A DNA stretch of 63,489 nucleotides, filler included, from Kipferlia bialata (Eukaryota): the NCBI GenBank assembly GCA_003568945.1. It is 6 parts of 5 records of this genome, joined end to end, with 100 filler letters (N's around TTAATTAATTAA, not from the genome) between each part and the next. Parts side by side here need not be neighbours in the genome. Positions count along the whole stretch, not along the records: positions 56,069 to 63,489 come from BDIP01000019.1; 5 more parts are not named here. The stretch is one strand, 5' to 3'. The translations under genes and the position numbers were made by a program. Under the pieces are notes generated by a model. It did no database searches. It was not told where the DNA came from and saw only the letters and a list, made by a program, of their open reading frames with translations. Below, in pieces: positions 59,310 to 63,489 of the stretch. Positions within the stretch are counted from its first letter, which is position 1. Each line of letters begins with the position of its first letter.

Positions 59310-62300
59310 GAACATGATGCCATAACTACCATCTCGACTGACTCTACACTCGCTGTCCCTCTCTCCCCCCTGCAGCACCTGCAGTCACTTGTCGATGTCA
59401 CCTACAACCTGGCACTCAGCGAGCTTGTGCACCCATCCACGTCTCTCGACTTCCCCCTTCTGCGACTGGTCTTCATTCCCAACATATGCGGTACCGCACC
59501 AGAGGACATAGCCCACCTGGTAGCAGGTGTGTATGGACCTCTCTCTCTCTCTTTCACCCATCTGCCCATGTGTATCTACATATCTATACATACATATCTA
59601 TCTGCATCTGCCTAACCTGACAACAGAAGAGGGTCTGAGTGCTGAGATACTCTACCCCCACTGCCTAGAGGAGGTCCTGTTCCGTCTGCCTGAATGCCAC
59701 TTCCTATTGATCCCCTTCACAGTCACTGGGATGTCCCCCCCTACCTCCTCTGTCAACTCGGCCATGGACGCTCTCTCCCCCATCTCCCACACCCTCTCCA
59801 CCCACGCTGTGTCTATATCCTGTGTGTGGCAGTGGACTGTGGGTCTGGACAAGCACGGCCCACTCTACAAGGGCATGGCCAGTGCTCTATATGAGGCACT
59901 CTCTGACGCCATGAATACCAAGGCCTATACGCTGGGCCCTGCCCCCGAGGCACACATACCCACCCAGGGGGACACGGATGCTGTGCTGAGGAGGTGGAGG
60001 GAGGCAGGGGGGGGAGGGTGTGAGTCTGCTCTTGAGAGGGGGACGTGTACTACGTGGTCTACGAAGCCACACACCACAGCAGACAAGCACAAGGTATTGC
60101 CTTCATTCACACAGACCTATATGTATGTTGAGTCAGTGTTGAACCATCGAGAGTTTGTCGTTTGCTCATACTGACCCCAGGTCCACAAGGTGCAGGACAT
60201 ACGAGACCTTCTGCTCTCTAAGCACCCATATCTGCCTGCCCCCTCTGCTAGCTATGTGGCTGTGTTTGTGGAGACAGACACAGAGGCACAGGCAGTGGGT
60301 GAGGGTCTCTCTCTCTCTCTATGTCTCTCTCTATCCATAAGTTCTGTCTCAGAACCAACATTCTAGTACCCAGGGTGCTGTTGTCTGTGCTGTGCTCTTC
60401 CTTCGGTCTCTCTGCGTCTCTCTCTGCCCCCATCTCCCTATCTCCTCACTTCAGACTCTGTGCTGGGCTATGCTCCCCTCTGGGCAGTGCAGGCAGGGTT
60501 CCATGTGGTTGGGTCAGAGACACAGGTACGTGTGGGTGTGTAATTCTATTATACGATGGGATTAGAGACTTACATGTAAACAGAGTGACATTGACATTAT
60601 TTGTGTATTCTTTTGCGTGGAACGGCAGTGGTGGCCCGTGATGGTAGGGTGTGACACTCACACTGTGAATCTAATACTAGGCCGAGACCACCGGAGTGGT
60701 GGTCAGCATGGAGTACCTAGGCAGACTGAGTCCTGAGGGGGTGGTCAGAAAGGCAGCCGCTCTCAGACAGGTTCGACTAGAGACACTAGATACATACACA
60801 CATTCACACACACACACGTGTATAGCATAGCCACACTCAGACAGGTAGGGGCAAGAGTACAATCCATTTAGTTATTGCGTGAGTTTCTGCAGTCGTGTAT
60901 GTCTTGCATGTCTCCATATATATATCTCACTCAGTTCCTGCGTGGCCGTCCCTTTGACGGTGTGCTGTGCATGCACCTCTCCCCTGAGAGTGCCCAGGCC
61001 ATACCCACCCCCATCATAGATGCCCTCAGTGATAGGCTGCACTTCAAGAGGCTGAAGCACACACACGTAGTGGTAGTGTCACAAGCACAGGTATGGATGG
61101 GTTGGTATATATACATATGTCAGCGTCGACCTCCCCTCACATCTGCAGGACACCGATGCTCTCCAACACATGGCTGACACTCTGCTGGACAGGTTCAGTG
61201 CCTGGGAGTCACTCTCCATAGGACACACCGTGGACATAGTCACACAGGTCAGGGCTATATATGTAATTTGAGTATATGTTATACATTGGACATCTATACA
61301 TTATGTGTGTGAGTGTATGTATACATATATTCCGTGACCCAGGCCATCGAGGGGATTGGCGCAGATGCCACCGGAGATGGTCCGTTCCGTATGCTCAATC
61401 ACGGGGGGGACAATGGGTGGGCCAGGATAGACACAGGCACGAGTATGTTGTGTATATTGTATGAGATGCATTGAGTGTAGTGCACATACTGACTCAGGTC
61501 CTATGCACCTGCCTGGTGGCTCTGTGTATGTGCTGTACATGCCAGACCTGGTACCCGCTGCCCTCAAGCGCGTGACCTCCCTCTTCACCAGAATGGATCT
61601 GTCTGTGTGTGTGCTGGACACCATATCAAGCCCCTCTGCTGTAAGGTCAGTGACGATACTAGGCATAGTACTATAGTATATGTATATACACGCATAGATA
61701 CTGACTCAGGAAGAGGGTCTGCTCAGGTACCAAGGCAGATGTGGTGCTTGTGACATGGGGTGACGCAGATGCCAGGCAGGGCACCAAGAGACACAAGGTG
61801 ACATTGTGTAGAGTGTGGTGATATCAGTGCCAGTATCGGTGATTGCATATATATGATGATACGACTTGGTTGGCTCTGATTCAGTGTACATGTTATTGTA
61901 CATGTATACCACACACTGAGACCACATCCTTACTGATACCCATACTGACCCCAGGTCCACAGGGCACTCTGGGAGTCACTGGGCAGGGCGGGGAGGCCGG
62001 TGCACGCACTGTTCTCGGTGGATAGGGTGAGTGACCCTATATATACTGATACATATACTGATATATATATACTGACCCTGTGGCAGTACTCGTATACTTC
62101 TATACTGTCTCTTCCTAGCCTACACTAGAAGCACTACCTGCGCAACCGTGCTCTCTCCCATGTGATGGAGGCTGTGATACAGCTGGCCAACCACGTGTAC
62201 CTCCCAAAGCTTAGCCCGCCAGTCAGGGAGTTCATATGCGTCACAGGTACATCCCTATACCTGTACTCATACTGTACCTATGCCCCCCACCCCAGGTGAC

Positions 62301-62387
62301 GGTGTGTTCACCAACGGGGTCGAGGCTGTCATGTGTGCCAACTATGGGGAGGAGGGGGTGACGGGGCCAGACACCTTCAACCGCTGA
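59310..62387 (+). CDS. Hypothetical protein, multi-exon (5' exons probably ~58800-59120)
   Basis: Chain of open exons with canonical splice signals (EHDAITTIST..., FLRGRPFDGVLCMHL..., GPMHLPGGSVYVLY..., GDGVFTNGVEAVMCANYG...TFNR*). No family recognised. Confidence 0.6.
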
Positions 62388-62729
62388 GAGGGGCGGTAGG
62401 GTATGCAGTGCGTTGCAGAGTTAATAGTTAAGCTATATATCGAGTTATGCATAGTGTATCAAAGAGCTGCATACATAACATACATTGGCGACATGTCTAT
62501 TCAATAACACAAAAATACATAAAACGAATCCTGCTCCATAATCAAGTACAGACATATGAGGGTGCTTGTGCACTCAGTACACTGCCCAAGCACAGAAGTG
62601 ACAATGAGGGTAGGTTCAATCCACCCCAGGGACTACTGCTGTCTGACACCCCCATAGTCAGAGGGAAGGGTCAACTGGTCATGTGGGGACCACCTCATAT
62701 ATATAGGACACATAGTAGAGGTGTGTCTC

Positions 62730-63359
62730 TCACTTGTGGACCCCCTCGTATGATGCTGCATACATTGCATCGTACTCGGTCAGGGCGGCATCTGCCCTGA
62801 ACTCCGAGTCACCACGCACACGCTCAAAGTCAACTGAGAGGACAGCACCTGGGGGTTAAAGAGAGAGAGAGAGAGAGAGACAGAGAGACAGAGAGAGAGA
62901 GAAGACACGCTTAAAGTCGACAGAGAGCCCTGCACCTAGGGGTTTATGGGTAGGGATGTAAAAAGAGAAATAGAGAGAGAGAGAGAGAGAGAGAGGAGAC
63001 ATGTATGTAGAAATGTGAAGGGAAGATATGATCAATGGAGAAAAACCAGGCACATTGATATGGGAAGGGCAGAGAGAATTATAGAGAGCGGACCAGTAAG
63101 GTAGAGATCGATAGACAATGAAACATACACTGACATCAGGTAGCATCTAGCAGGTCACTCCTGTCCATGTTGAACCGGATGATATATCTATGAATATATA
63201 TGTATATATATGCAGAAACACAATGTCCGGCAACTACCTATACTTCTAGATACATATACCCACCTAGCAGCTCACTCCTGTCCATGTTGAACCTAGCCTC
63301 CTCGGCATCCTCAGCCTCAAAGAACCTGACGTAGCAGTGACCACGGTTCTTGTCAGTGT
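62730..63359 (-). CDS. RRM protein similar to the cyclophilin E (PPIE/Cyp33) RRM, 3' part
   Basis: TDKNRGHCYVRFFEAEDAEEARFNMDRSELL|GAVLSVDF resembles PPIE KHRGFAFVEFE.AEDA..A..NM..SEL.G. It ends CRPDRVRCNVCSIIRGVHK*. Confidence 0.7.
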
Positions 63360-63489
63360 CTGGAGGTTAGAGTAGATATAGAGACACATGGGTAACAAGG
63401 AGTGTGGTGTGTGACTCACTATGAGGGTGAGCAGGTGGTGTGTGTGTGTGGGGGGGGGGGGGGGGGGGGCTGTTCGAAACACACAAAAA

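Noticed and set aside
61437..61497. Second GC-AG intron (GCACGA donor)
   Set aside because: A canonical GTATGT donor 6 nt downstream keeps the same phase.

Overview
Eukaryotic, intron-rich protist DNA made of six unrelated scaffolds joined by artificial 100-nt linkers (N44-TTAATTAATTAA-N44), plus one 915-nt gap. The standard genetic code, short GT-AG introns ending in a fused branch point/acceptor (CTCACCCCAG-like), AGTAAAT poly(A)-type signals and an anaerobe-type gene set suggest a free-living fornicate such as Kipferlia (inference). Recognisable genes: RPS5, RPL7, a PRKRIP1/DUF1168-like protein, a Sec13/Seh1 WD40 protein, a divergent CDK9/CDK11-like kinase, the RRP5 C-terminus, a bacterial-type knotted carbamoyltransferase YgeW, RhoGAP-SH3, a Kelch protein, an MBL-fold hydrolase, TBC1D20, two DUF1624/HGSNAT-like membrane proteins, 3-mercaptopyruvate sulfurtransferase, an axonemal dynein heavy-chain tail and a PPIE-like RRM protein. 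The most interesting signals are (1) pervasive intronic 'echo' copies of exon edges that keep their splice sites and differ from the working exon mostly at synonymous positions, (2) a tandem array of a 17-nt micro-exon-like unit, (3) an apparently laterally acquired ygeW that has gained a host-type intron, pointing to anaerobic purine catabolism in a eukaryote, and (4) a degenerate tRNA-Gly(TCC) relic. Exon structures were read by eye and need RNA-seq confirmation.
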